Shown here one piece after another: positions 1-12,858 of a stretch of DNA of 64,000 nucleotides. Origin of the DNA: Lophium mytilinum (lineage: Eukaryota); contig MU004192.1 of NCBI GenBank assembly GCA_010093605.1, positions 380,882 through 444,881 on the forward strand, given 5' to 3'. The notes beneath the pieces were generated by a model, which had not been told where the DNA came from, did no database searches, and saw nothing but the letters and a program-made list of their open reading frames with translations. Within the stretch, counting starts at the first letter, position 1, and each line of letters opens with the position of its first letter. A program made the position numbers and the translations under genes.

Positions 1-2
1 CC

Positions 3-731
3 ATCTACAGCACCAAAACCGAGCAAAACTCCACCGTAGCGTTCACCGTCATCGAATCCAAAGCCAACGAGCTGATCCGCGTCACTAAAACCGCGAACTG
101 GACCCCACTGGAGGTCCTCGCGGCCGTGCAGAGTCTCCTGATCTTTCAGATCATCCGGCTCTTCGACGGCGATATCCGCCAGCGCACGTTGGCCGAAGCG
201 GCCGAGCCTGTGCTGGAGCAGTGGACGCAGGACCTGCGCGACCGCACGGAGAAGGAAGTCGTCACGACGACGACGAATGCGGCGTCGTGGCGCGCGTGGC
301 TGTTTGCTGAGAGCGTGCGGCGGACTATTGCTATGAGCTATACGCTCAAAGGCATGTACACGCTTGTCAAGAACGGGTACTGCACTATGGGAGCCGCGGT
401 CACGTCGCTCTCGTTCACGGCGCAGCGGGCGCTGTGGGCGGCGTCGTCGATGTTTGAGTGGAGCGCGGCGGTTAGAGATAATCCGCCGTTCTGGTGTCAG
501 AACATGCACTTCGATTCTGTGTTGCAAGATGGTAAGAGCTGGGACGTCGATGATTTCGGGATCGTGATGATGGTCATGTATAAAGGCCGTGACCGGATAG
601 ATGAGTGGCTCCAGAAGGGGAATGTGGAGAGGAATGCGGTGTTTAATCCGGACCTGTTTGCGACTATGATCGAGACGATGCCGGATGAAGTGCATCCTGA
701 TATGCTGCAGTATGCTTCGACGCTTCCATAG
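3..731 (+). CDS. C-terminal part of a fungal Zn2Cys6-type transcription factor (5' end outside window)
   Basis: Frame is open from position 3 (IYSTKTEQN...LAAVQSLLIFQIIRLFDGDIRQR...WRAWLFAESVRRT...FTAQRALWAA...VDDFG) to TAG at 731. These motifs are typical of the C-terminal region of small fungal Zn-cluster proteins; the Zn finger itself is not in the window. Confidence 0.7.
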   Translation: MYSTKTEQNSTVAFTVIESKANELIRVTKTANWTPLEVLAAVQSLLIFQIIRLFDGDIRQRTLAEAAEPVLEQWTQDLRDRTEKEVVTTTTNAASWRAWLFAESVRRTIAMSYTLKGMYTLVKNGYCTMGAAVTSLSFTAQRALWAASSMFEWSAAVRDNPPFWCQNMHFDSVLQDGKSWDVDDFGIVMMVMYKGRDRIDEWLQKGNVERNAVFNPDLFATMIETMPDEVHPDMLQYASTLP

Positions 732-1254
732 GCTTCTCGCTTCTCGTTTCGCATTTTCGAACATTGGTTTTTAGGATCATAGGCTGGCGTTACTGGAATC
801 GATACCAATCTGTCTCAATATAAAGAAATTTTGCAACGAAGAACGAACATCGCGTACGAATACTTTACAGGAGTGATGAAAATCGTCTCGGTTAGCTAAC
901 TCGATCACGTGCTTCTCATAATCTGACACGCTATATAAAAGAGCTTCTTCTCCCTCTCAGCGATTGTGCTACCATAAGACGGAGAGGCGGCGCGCTCCAA
1001 TGTATGTTCTAGAACAGCCATAATCTAGTCAATTAAGTCCAAAGATGTCACTTGTCAAATGTGGCAACAATAATATGAACACCAGGAATGATTAATTACT
1101 ACCAAGTAGACCCATACATATGAAATAAACAAAAGAAAACCATGAATATACAGAAAACGTATGTGCTCATGAAAGCGACAACAATAAAAAGACAACATAA
1201 AGCCCCAACCGATCACCCCCCTTCAAGTCTCCACCAACTCATCAACAAACCGAC

Positions 1255-4200
1255 CTACAACTCCTCATCCTCCTGCTCCACCGGCACCTTACTCGTTCCG
1301 TTCTGCTTCCCCTGCGCATGCGTCACCGTCGTAACACCCCTCGCCGCTGCCCCACCCGCAAACTCCCAACTCCCCACCCCCTGCTCCTTAAACACGCCCG
1401 CCTCACTCTCCGCCTTCCCACCTCCAAACCCCTTCGCCGACCACTTCTCCACCCCCTCCAACCCCTTCCATTCTGCACTAGCCCCAAACACGCGGAACGC
1501 CTCCGCATTAAGCCGCTCATACTCCCCGGCCGCCTTCGGCCACCCACCAAGCCGCTGGAACGCAAGCTTCAGCAACACCAGATGCCGCTTCGCGAGCACC
1601 GCCTTCTCCGCTTCACTAAGCGCAGGGGTGTCATCCTCCTGCGCGCCAGCACCGCCCGCCACGCTGCCCTTAACGCTAACGCCGTGCTCAGCGAGGATCG
1701 CGGCAGCCGAGTCGTACTCGTCGTCCGAGTCGTAGCCGTCGCCAGCGCCGTCTTCGTGCACGAGGAGGCGCAGTAGGTCCTCGTGGATAAGCAGCGCCTT
1801 CTTGAAGTAGTCGCGCGCGAGCTGCGCGGACGCCTTGTCGGTCGCCGTTTTGGATTGGTAGAAGTTGCCAGTCGAGGTGTAGAGCTCCGAGAGGAGGAGG
1901 TACGTGTCCAGCGTGGCGGGGTGGCGGGCGCCGTGCACGCGGCGCATGTTGTAGGCGATGTCTTCGCATAGGCGGATGGCTTTGATGGGGTGGCCGGCGA
2001 GGTAGCGGGCGCAGATGAGGCGGCGGCCGAGCTGGAGGAGGACAGCGGCGGGCCAGGAGCGTTGGGCGTCGCGGGTGGACCAGAGGGTGGAGAGGAGCCA
2101 CTTTGGGATGGTTAGTAAGAGGGACGAGGGGTGAAAGGGGGGTGGATGGCTTACCTCTAGGGTCTCGTAGTCCTCTTGCTCGCCTAGGAGAGCGGAGAGC
2201 TTGCTCAGTTCTGGCAGTTGGACTTGAGCGAAGTTGATCTTGTTCGCTTTGCAGATCTCCAAGATCTTTTTCACGATGCGGTTGGAAAGCTGTAGCATCT
2301 TCTTGCGGAGCACAGCATCTGGGCATTTCTCGCCGTCGCGCCCGACGAGCAGCGATGCGAGCTTGAAGCCGTAGCTGATCGCATTTGGTCCGCTGTAGGC
2401 TTTGTGGTTGACAGCGAAGAGGAAGCCGAGGTGGGCAACGTCTTGAGCCTCGGGGAATTTCTTTGCGTTCGTGAGCAGAGCAACTTGCTCGTTGGTACCG
2501 AAGATGACGGCACGGTTGAAGTCCTGGTGTTTGTGACCAAGATGCTCCAATATGGCGACGATGAAGATATGAGGAGATTCCTTGCTGAGTAGCCCCAGCT
2601 TTGCGGTTTCTTTCTGGACGAACAGGTTCACCACTTGCTCTTCGACGAGGATTGTTAGGCCGGTGCGACGTCTCTGCACCAGGAAAGATCGGAGTGGCGC
2701 CGCTACCAACAGGAGCTTCCGCATGCCTACTTTAGCTTCCAATGCTTGCCTAAATTCCTCGAAGAGAACAGCCTCTGTAACAATGCTAGCGTAGATCTCC
2801 GAGAACGTGATCGACAAGTCTTTGCGGATGTTGTACTCTAGAGTTGCCAGGAAGATAAGAGAGGACCGGGAGGTCTTCGTAAGATCGAACGAGAACTTGG
2901 AGGAGTTGAGGGTGTTCTTAGCGATAATCTGGCGGTGGAGTTCCTCGACAATCTCTGTGGCTCGCTCTACAAGTCCCAATGCATGATATGTGGAAGCAAT
3001 TGAGCTGGCTGCTTCGATCAGCTTCTGAGAAGACGTTTCCTTGGTGTTGATCTCTACAATCGCAATAGAGAGTTCCTTTATAGCGAGATCAACCTTCTTC
3101 TGCTTGACGTAGAGGCTGGTGAGTTCTCGGAGGCGGCTAAGGGACGTCTCATGAGAGTAGCCGTATTTGGTCCTGGCCTCCGTGTACTGCTCAAGTTGAA
3201 TGCTGGTAGCACGCTCAATCGACTCCGTGGTAACTGTCGATGACGACTGAGAGGCTATCTCATGAACGTAAAGGGAGGACAAAGTCTGCTTGATCTCGGT
3301 GATGCTGACAGAAGACGCTGCGGACGACTTGGAAATCTTTTCGTATAAAGAGATCGCTTCGGAAGTATGAGACTCGCTACGTTGAGCAACACGGGCAAGA
3401 GAGAGGGTGGACTCCACTGCAATGGAGCTTTCCGCACCGTAGGATTTGACGCTTGTTTCATGGTACTCCTTCGAGACCTTGTACAACACCTCATACTTAG
3501 CTCTTGTCTCTTCAAGGCTTTGCGTGTAACGTTCATAAAGGCGTTGAACAAATTTAGTGTCGCTGAACTGCTTGTACTCTTTGCTCTTCTGAATGAACGT
3601 AGCCCAGAGGACACCGAAAACGGTAAGAGCTTCAGCGAATCTTCGGTCCTCCCAATACGAGTTGGACACAATAATGATTGCGTCCATTGCGTCTTTGTGA
3701 GAAATTTCCGAGTTCTTGTTCAGACTCGTGACGATTTGCTGATAGTATTCGACCCAGTAAGGATGGTTTCTCGGATGTTCGCGGCACCGAGATGCCAAGA
3801 TGTACAAGACCTGGATCGTTTTTTCGTGTGAGGGACCCAAAGTGGTTCGGTAAACCACAAGTATTTCCTGATAAACACTGATCGCGCTGTCCACGTATCC
3901 GTGCTTGTCGTAGAAGGTGAGAAGATATTGCTTCGCCTTTTCAAAGAGGGTTGCGTCGATCTGTGGTGAGCGTAGAACTGCTCGGAAAAGACGCAAGTAG
4001 ACATCTTCAACCTTTTCCAATTGCCTTTGGCGGATGTGACACTCCGCAAGCTGTTCGACCAAGTAGATCGACTCCTGCAAGAAAGTCGAGGTGATAGTGA
4101 TGTCATGGCTAGACTCCGAAAAGAATGACGCCCAAGTTCTCTGCAGTGTTGACTTGATGACAGTGATAGCCTCCAAATATTTCCTCTGTTCTATGTATTG

Positions 4201-7200
4201 AACAGTCAACTTCTTGGCGAGTGAAATTGTCGTAGAGTCGATCTCCTTCGACGAGCTGATAGCTGAGTGGAAGACGGACTCGAAGACAGATTCGGAGATG
4301 TCCGTGCTGCTGGAGCTCGTCACTGTCCGCTTGATGATCTCGGTGGAGGTTTGAGTGATCTATATGCACATATTAGCACCGGCTTACAACAGTCTTGAGT
4401 ACTCGAAATTGGAAAGATGTTTAAGAGTGAAGAGGTACTCAGGGATCTTACCTGCTTCTCAATTTCCGCATAAGAATGCGACTCCTCCTTCCGAACGCTC
4501 TTGTAGTAGAAGCTAGCACGCTTGAAAATAGCCAAAGCATAGGTATAGTACCCCTCTGACTTCAGAGTCTCAGCAACGTGGACAAGCTGCGTCATGATGC
4601 TGTCAGAAAAGGACAATTCGTGGTGCTCGTACTGCTCCCACACCGCTGCAAGGACTGAAGAACGCTCCGTGTTTCTTGATTGTGTCTTCAAGAATGAGGA
4701 GTAGGCCTGGGCAATCTCGATATTCTTCGTATGCCATTCGATCGAGCGGGTAGTCCGACACAAAGTAGATACACGTTGCCAAAGTTCAACATAAGTTCGC
4801 TCGGCCAACGTAAACTCTTTCTTGGAGATCTCCCTCTCAGCGCGGCCGAGAATGATGGCAATGCGATCGAGGTTGAACTCTTCAACTACCTCGGCTTCGG
4901 TATCCTCCCCGAACAGAGAGTCGTTGTAGGTTTCAAGGGCTTGATCATCCTTCTTGCCAAGCACAATGTTGAGCTTTTCCGAAACACCATGAGCTTCGTG
5001 TGAGTTTTTGCCGTAGTGCTTGACTGTGGCCTCTTGGATGATTTGGTAAAGCTCTCTGGCACGCTCTTCCTCATGGATGTACATGTATAACTCCGCCAAC
5101 GTGGTCCGAGTTCGGATCAGAATTTCAGATGTCGAACCGAATTGTCGCTCGTATGCAGAGATGAGGATGATTAGTACTTGTTCTCGGTGGGTCATGATCT
5201 CAGTGCGCGATGTGGAGGTTAAAGTCTCGGTGATAGAGAGGTATGTGTTCGCACACTCGGCAGTAAGAGGATGGAAGTCACTGAGGACAGTGCGGCTGAT
5301 CTTTGTGCAGAGGTAGTAATACCTTTCCGTCTCGGTGGTGTTCGAGAGCTGGTGGTAGTACGTGGCGCAAGACAAGTATGTTTGAAGTACCGTTGGATGG
5401 TCTTCAGTGAACACCTTGGAGCGGATACGGCCAACTAGACTGTGCAGTTGTACTTCCTGTGCCCCTGGGAATTGAGCGTCCCAGCACAACTTCTCAAGAA
5501 TTGGTGCAGTGGTCGAGTCTGGAAGGTTCCTCTGGACATCAGGATTGACAGTAAAATCTCCGGTTGACTTCGGGGCTAGGCCAGCATGCTTGAGATGAAG
5601 GACCCAGTATCTGATCGCATATTCGAGGAAGTGATGTTGATGGAAAAGCCGATCAGCTAGCGATTGATCAACAGGATCGAATATCGGCTCTCTTTTCTCA
5701 ACCAAGGTCGACTTTGTGTAAATCAGCGTCCTTAGGACCAGGTCGAGTTGCGAATCCTTGACGGGAGATGGGATTTTCCCTTGCTTAATGGCATTCTGTA
5801 AAGTATGTTGTATAATAGGATGCCGGAAACGAATAATATCATCGTGGATGGAAAGGATCGGCCTCAGCGAGTCTATGATGACGTGAATGTCAACATGTTT
5901 GCGGGAAATTGTACCCTTCTTAGTGTCAATGGAGAAGAGAATATCAATTTCTTGCAGGGTAAATGGACGTTCGGCGGCAGCAATCCAAGATAGAATAGTT
6001 TTCGCATCGTCGGTGGGATCCAAGACGGCAATCACCTTCAGAGTGACGTCTTGGACTGAAGGGTGGGTCGTTTCCAGAGTTTCCCAAGTCTTACTGAAGG
6101 ACTCGGGCGACTTTTCTAGGTTGAGAAGCTGGCACACTAGGACTGTCCACAGGAACGAGCCGTTTGACTGCTGAATGACGCGATTGAGGAGCTCCTCTTG
6201 TTCGGGCCCAGACCTTTTATGGAAATGGTGGTTACGAATGAGAGCCTTGATGGCGACCGCATAGATGTCGTCATGAATATCATCGCGGCTAATAGCATGC
6301 TCGATGCCTTTGTGGTTGGTCGGGGCCACAACCGACTTTGGCTGGGTGGAAGCAACCAGCTTCACGCGTTTGCCTTGCTCAGTGACAGTGAGCAATTTAT
6401 CGAAAAGGGCCTGAGACGCTGTGTTGCCGCCGTCCACTTCATCTAAGCCGTCAACGATGATGATCAAGTCGTTCGCTTTGTCGAGGGGATTCTTCAATAT
6501 GTCGGCGACGGCCTGCCATAGATGGTTCTCGTAGACCTCGTCATCGGCGGAGTTGTTACAAAGTTCATACGCATGAGCCAAAGCATAGTACATAGCCATA
6601 TTTCCGGTTCTCAAGCTGAGCAGCTGGATGAGGATAGACTTGACGACCGATATCGAATTGGCTTGAGTCGGAACGCTAGAGCCTGGTCGTTTGTCAGTAA
6701 AAGCTGCTGGTATCGAATGCGGCGAGATATCTTACTGATTGAGCAAAACAGAGAGGAAAAGGTCTTTTTGCCGAGAGGTCTTTGAAGCCTCTCGGCGATG
6801 GACGCTACGAGTGCAGTCTTACCAGACCCTGGTTGGCCGGTAAGAAGCAGGTAGTTGGTATTGCTTTGGAGAAACTTGGACAACGGTTTTTGAAACCAGA
6901 GACACGTGAGTTCCGCCTGGTGGTCGGCGAAAGTGGTGTGATCGCGACCCAGAGAGCTAAGCACACGATCTTCCGGTGACAACCATCTGCTGATGATCTT
7001 GACGTCAAGCACTTTTGCTCAAGTTAGCGGTGCACATCGAGTTGAGAAGAATCCCTACCTTCACTTGGCTCAAGCCCTTCATTTTCGATTTGGTAACTCC
7101 AAATAGCCTCTGTCACCTTGGCCTGCCGAGATCGAAGAGATTCGATCGTGTCGCCAAAGACTTCGAACATGTCCAGACTAACCGAGGATGAAAGCATGCC

Positions 7201-8323
7201 TACTCATTGGTAAGCGAGAGTTATGCCCAAAGATTTGATTACTTACCATGAACTGCCTTGTAAAATCGAATAGCAACATCAACGACTAAGGACAGAAGGT
7301 CGGTGTACATTTTGCAGAGCTCCTCTCGCGTCTCAGACGTTACCGAAAGGAGTTCCGTACGTTCCAAAAGCGCAGAAACAATCAGCGAGTTCTTGTAAAA
7401 GAAACTGAAAGCCTTGTCGAGGGCTTCTGAGTTGTCATGACCGAGCTTCGTGGATGTTAATTTTATGGAAGACAGAAGCAAGACTGCTGACTTACTTCAA
7501 GAAGAAGGCGGGCGTGGCCATAGCCCAGCTCTGCCGCAGCATGGCTGTCAAGGGCGAAGCTTTGAATAGCTACATCGAAGTGATGTAGCTTTTCGGCAAA
7601 GTATTGAGCTCTGATCAACACTTTGTCCCATCGACTGCCTTTATGAGGCAGAGTAGCAAGGCGCTCGTCTCTGATACTTTCAATGAGGTTGATGAACGAG
7701 ACGTTCGCAACACTTTGCGAAACGCCTACTCCGAGCTCCGACATTGACTTCTTCTTCAGTGAGACGGCTGACTCTTGCACGAATCCAAGCTTATACCCAT
7801 CGTTGGACTGCCCGCTTCGGGAAGTCCAGGCGAAAGATCTATTCATGGAGTTACCGTAATGGCCGCTAGGCGGTCTCGAATTACCGTAGGCAGTATCAAA
7901 CTTGTTGTGGATGACAGAACCAGGAGAGGTGGGGGGGGTCGAGAAGCCGTTGGTGGCCTTCGTGGACGGCGTATGAGCAAGTCTGGTCGCTGATGGGGCC
8001 ATGGTGACAAGAGTGGATATCTTGGGCGTCCTGATAGTTACGGGATGTTCGATCTGTGAAACAGGAGGGTTGACCCGTGTAGGTGGAGACTTGATCTGTG
8101 ATGGGGGAGGGTTGATCTGTGGTGGGGAAGGCTCAATTTGGACAGCAGGTATTTCAAACTGAACTGTCTGTCGTTCCGTAGGGGCAGCTGGTGTTTCTAC
8201 CTGAGCTGTAGGAGGGGGAGACTGAGTCTTGCGTTTCGTGTTTTCTAAGCAGCTATTAACATGGCTTCTTGAATGATATGGCGGGAAGGACGAACTGAAT
8301 GGATTGTATCGGAGTCCAAGCAT
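1255..8323 (-). CDS. Large NACHT (STAND NTPase) protein with TPR-like helical repeats, fungal NLR-like, ~2,224 aa, 8 exons
   Basis: Walker A LLTGQPGSGKT, Walker B LIIIVDGLDEV, GSFLW motif, AAERPFTLQEI winged helix and repeated G-x-x-H-x-x-T TPR-like motifs. GT-AG introns at 8245-8295, 7446-7495, 7200-7246, 7012-7058, 6683-6735, 4360-4451 and 2101-2154 join the ORF pieces in frame (6,675 nt CDS). An alternative start at ATG 8002 (MAPSATR) is possible. Confidence 0.85.
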
Positions 8324-10882
8324 GGAATGGAACCTAGGACAGCAGCAGCAATGTGAGCAGGAGTGCTCTTTCATGGAGTCCTCGGGAGCTCAAGTAGAGC
8401 TGGGGAGATAACCCTATAACGGCCTAAACACTCTTTACGTCAGGCCCCCCTCGCTCCACGAACGGCAGCTCCGCTTCCCCATGCGCAATGATGGATAGCT
8501 TTCAGCCAGCCACGCAAGCTAAAAGAGTGCGATTCAAATGAATATCGGACTACCATAGGCCATCGGCATCAGCACGATGGTGTGATGGCTCGGGATCAAC
8601 GCTCGGGCAGCTTTAGGCGGAAAGCGCGTGCTCTCATCTCTGCAGATTTCGAAGAAGAAAGCCTAAAGTAGGAGATAGATCAGGCCCTGCAGCAACAGCT
8701 GCTGCAGAGCGAACTCCAGCACAGACTCTTTGCACCAATGGAATGGGCATATGGAGGGTCGTTGCTCTGAATGGGGCAGCACGAGATGTGAAAATGGTGG
8801 GTCCTGGGATGATTGGCAAGGGAGGCGTTCAACGCAAGCTGGGCTCAATAGTGAAGATGTTCGCACGCTTGTCCAATACTCGACAAGCATGATGGCTTGG
8901 GAACCACAAATGGCAAGGACAGGCATGAACGAGCGCTTAATGGATCTGGCCAGAGAAAACAGCAGACGAGTATGGCTGAGACATGGGAACCGGAGCAGTG
9001 GCTAGCTGGAAAAGACGCATACGAGGTACGTCAGGGGTGGTTGGGAGCTGCAGGCAGGGGAGCTGCAGGCGAGGAGCTTTGGGCGATTATGCGGGTTTCT
9101 TGATCGGAATTGGAAGCGGGCGTGCCCATCTGGTAGCCAGGTGGAGCGTCGTAGGTAGTTACTGCACGGTAGTTGTGACGCATGCATGGTCATGGCTACG
9201 AAGAGTGGAGTCGTGGTGTTGCAGTTCAAATCGAGGGTCCCCTGGGTCTGAGGAGCTTGCCGGGCACGCCGGGCGCTGGGCATCCGTAGTAAAGATTAAC
9301 AGTAGGTACCGTAAGCCTGTACAGTCTCACCCCCTGTATGGACTGAACTCTACCGTGCGCAAAACAAGGGTTTCTGTGTGTACAGATCTGAGATCTGAGG
9401 GTGGTCGTATCGCCCCGGGACTGAAGTGCGGTTCATCCCGCGCCCGCGCATACGTGATCGTCTAGACTTCCCACGCATAACCCTCAGAAACACACTTGCC
9501 ACCGCTCAAGATCCCGCAATTTGGTGTCAAAAGTTGGAATACGACAGCTTGACAAGCCCCATAGCATTCTTGGACAGCTCAAACAACACAGTCTGCTTCT
9601 GCCACTGCATGTTCAACGAGTCTGCTTGCCGATCTCTTCCGGGAACGCTATAGCTGCTCGCTATAGTGCGTCGTTGGCGTCCAATCAGCCTCCCATGCCG
9701 CTGGAGACTTCATCGCTGCTGCATCTCAGCTGCATCTCCACTGCAAGCCTTTCCCCTGCCACTCCGCACACTCTGGTTGGAGTTAACCCCGCTGTGCATC
9801 TCCACAGCACCCTGCAGTCCATCGCAACATCGAGCTTTACTCCGGCATCTCCATCCAAATTGGGCCGCCAGTTACCGGATGCAGCGGATTGATCGGCCAC
9901 AGTCCAGGATGTTGCTAAACGACCAGCCAAGTGGCGAGCTGAGGCTGTCTACCCGACTTCTTCATCAGTCGTGCTGGTCCGTCTCGATCCGCCTATATGG
10001 GATGCATGCCCAAGCAGCATTATTGGCCTACACACCAAGATTTGGTCTAGCGCTGAGCCCAATAAACGCGATCGGAGGAATCCGAGGCAGTGTGCCCGCG
10101 CGGTCTGTCAACCTGCGGGATCAAAACAAGCGGACACAGTAGCTACAAAGCTACATCGTAGCTACAGTATGTAGGAGAATTTGCGGCTTGCATCATGCGG
10201 CATCATGATAGCTCCAACAACAATTGCTGATCTTCGCGGCAGTTGATCTGGCCGCGATCAAGGCCCTGGCGCGAATCTAGCAGACCCAGGATTGGTCCCG
10301 GTATGTCATGCCGCTAGAACATCCACAGATCTTCAGATGCCTATCTGGAGACGCGTGGAGATTCGTGGACCAGTTAGTTCCTTTTTCCAAGTCGAGGCGG
10401 AAGATCTTCCAGCCTAACGTTTTGGTCGGTATCCGGATCTCTCACCGCTGTTGAAGCCAATTGACGTCTTGGACAAACGAACTTGGTTTTGTCTTTACTT
10501 GTTTGCTACGGATTGGAGCCCGTCAATACAAAGGGTGCGGCGCGGAGCACAATCCGATCTCCACCAGCTACGCGAGGCGAGGAACATCAAAACCACCAGT
10601 TTTCGGTATCTCAGAAGAGCTACACCACGACGATTACCGCGACCAGATACAATCTAGATTTCTAGAAGTATCTTTTGGTGCTTCTTGATGATATTGCTCG
10701 AAGAAAGTAAAATTATTGACCGATGGTGGGTGGTGCAAAGCAAATTTTGAGATTTGGGTGAGATGCTTACGTAACCGGATTATGCTCTGGGCCGCACCCT
10801 TTGTATTCGTTCAAAGGCCGAAACATGGCGCATTTGTCTTAGCCACTCATCTCGGACGGCAAGCCGCAGCTAAGAAAGCCAA

Positions 10883-11251
10883 TTGACGTCTCGGATAGGC
10901 GAAGTCGGACTGTATACGCGTGGGTTCCACGGCTTTGAGCCCTTCCGGAGATATCCAGAAACCGGAATCTCTCTTTTGGTGCCGAGGGCCTTCTTTTGGA
11001 CTAAAAGCGGCTACATTGGCATAGCTCCTCCACTGACGCAGCTAGATAATAAATTGTGCATCTTCTTTGGGTCCAACGTATCGACAATTCTCCGCAAGAC
11101 TAATGCTTCTTGCTACCTTCACGTGAGTCCTTGTCTAGTACTGCGTTTCATGGATGGCGAAGTAGTTGAGAGAATCCACGCAAAGAAAATGCTCCTTCAG
11201 ATGTTCAAAGCCGACGACTTTCCTACACCAGCATTGAGACTCATAGGATAG
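10883..11251 (+). pseudogene. Relic of the C-terminal region of a HET (heterokaryon incompatibility, HET-6-like) protein
   Basis: RAFFWTKSGYIGIAPP...LCIFFGSNVSTILRK...YLHVSPCLVLRFMDGE matches the typical C-terminal pattern of HET-domain proteins (RxFxT..GY.GL.P...D.VC.L.G...P..LR...Y..VG.CYV.G.MDGE). No intact upstream ORF or start; a degraded (W)xxDWSR-like motif lies near 10285. Confidence 0.65.
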
Positions 11252-12858
11252 CACTCTTAGCGGTGACGCCGTTCGAAACCGCGCAGTAATGTACCACAAT
11301 GATTTTGTTGGCAACTTTAGCATCCGAGGTACCTAGGTGTGTACCTTGATGCTTCGGTATAGTTCTAGCCCCGGATCGTCAGTAAAGTCAAACCCAAATC
11401 AGGCTACACAAGCTCGTTCGACAAGACTAGCTCCATACGCAAACCGTCATGTCTTTAGTCTAGAGCCGATGCAACATGACGCACACAGTTGCTTCCAATT
11501 CCTCCGAGTTGGGGCCTAGTGATGTGTTCATATGTAGATTGGTGCCCCACCGCTAGGGTTCTAGATAGTGCATGTAGTGCGGAAACATCCGTTGGGTAGC
11601 TATGATAATGATTCGCACAGAGTTTACATCAAACCAAAAGCGAGCGTTTCATGAGACTCTCGTCCTTTCCGGTGTTAATCGTTTAATCGCAGACACTGCC
11701 GGAAGATTCAAGATCCGGTTCCTTGCGATCGGCTGGGTATCGTCCGAAAATTCGACGTCGTGGCTGGGTGCATCGAACAGAGCACTACGTGTAGAAAACT
11801 GCTGCATCGCATCGACTTCCCAGGAATACTTAGGTCTGAATTCCACATTGGCAAGTCCAGTAAGCAGGTTGCACTTCAGATCTCGAATTCATCAGAGCAG
11901 AACCCAATATCTGTGGGCCAAGACCAATCATTTTGATCTCATAATAGATGACTTTGAATACTTTCTTACGATACGGCTTGATTGGAAGATGAGAGATTGC
12001 AAGCAGGCCTCAGAGCCTATCCTTCGGATCGGTAGAGAACATATCTCTCGAATATATCTCTTCGGACTATCCCCACTAACCAGCATCGTTTTCAGACTGA
12101 CAGCGCTGTTCTTGGTTCCCTGGTGATTCAAGAATAAAGCCAGGACTTCACCGTCAACTGATTTGACCGCCCATTGACGGTGAGTATCACAATTGTGAGG
12201 TTCGAGAGTAAGATCCCAGATTTCTTAATAGGACGGCTTCACCCGTTCGTAGAGAGGGTTGTCCGGGAGAAAAGGCTTCATTTTGTCTGTCTCAGTTCTC
12301 TGCGCGACGAAAACGGTCAATGAAAAAGACAACAATGCATAGTAAGAATTCCATTTAAACTTCTGAAGATGATGCCGGCTGTGGTGCCACAGTGAACTTG
12401 TGGACCGTTGAATGTCATATGCGATGGCCAAGATTGATCAAAGCACTTCGGACAGTGGTAGACTAGCATAAACGTCCTTTCGTGTTAAAACGATGAGATA
12501 ACTTGAGCAGTCTTAGATAGGGGATTTAAGGGATGCAAGTGGAGATGGAAAGGCGTAAGAGAAACGCCTCGTAGATAACGGTGATTCAGAATAGCAGTAG
12601 AAATAAGAATACGGCCACAGCATACAGGATGATGGCTTCTAGATTTGGAATAATAGCATGATAGCACCGGTTTTGAAACTATAATCTATGTTTGCTTAAA
12701 AGCGAAAGTGAGGTTGAGCGATGGAGTTGGCGATGGCGCCCACATTGAATCGAAGCAGTGCCAAGACCGACCCGGCCGCTAAAACCACCTACTCAGATCC
12801 ATACCAAAAAGCTCTCCTCAAACCTCACATCTCCATCCCATCACGAGGACCACCCACC

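Noticed and set aside
11600..12450. ORF 11602-12126 and a stop-interrupted minus-strand frame
   Set aside because: No recognisable motif or splice-consistent model. It may be another relic but cannot be supported.
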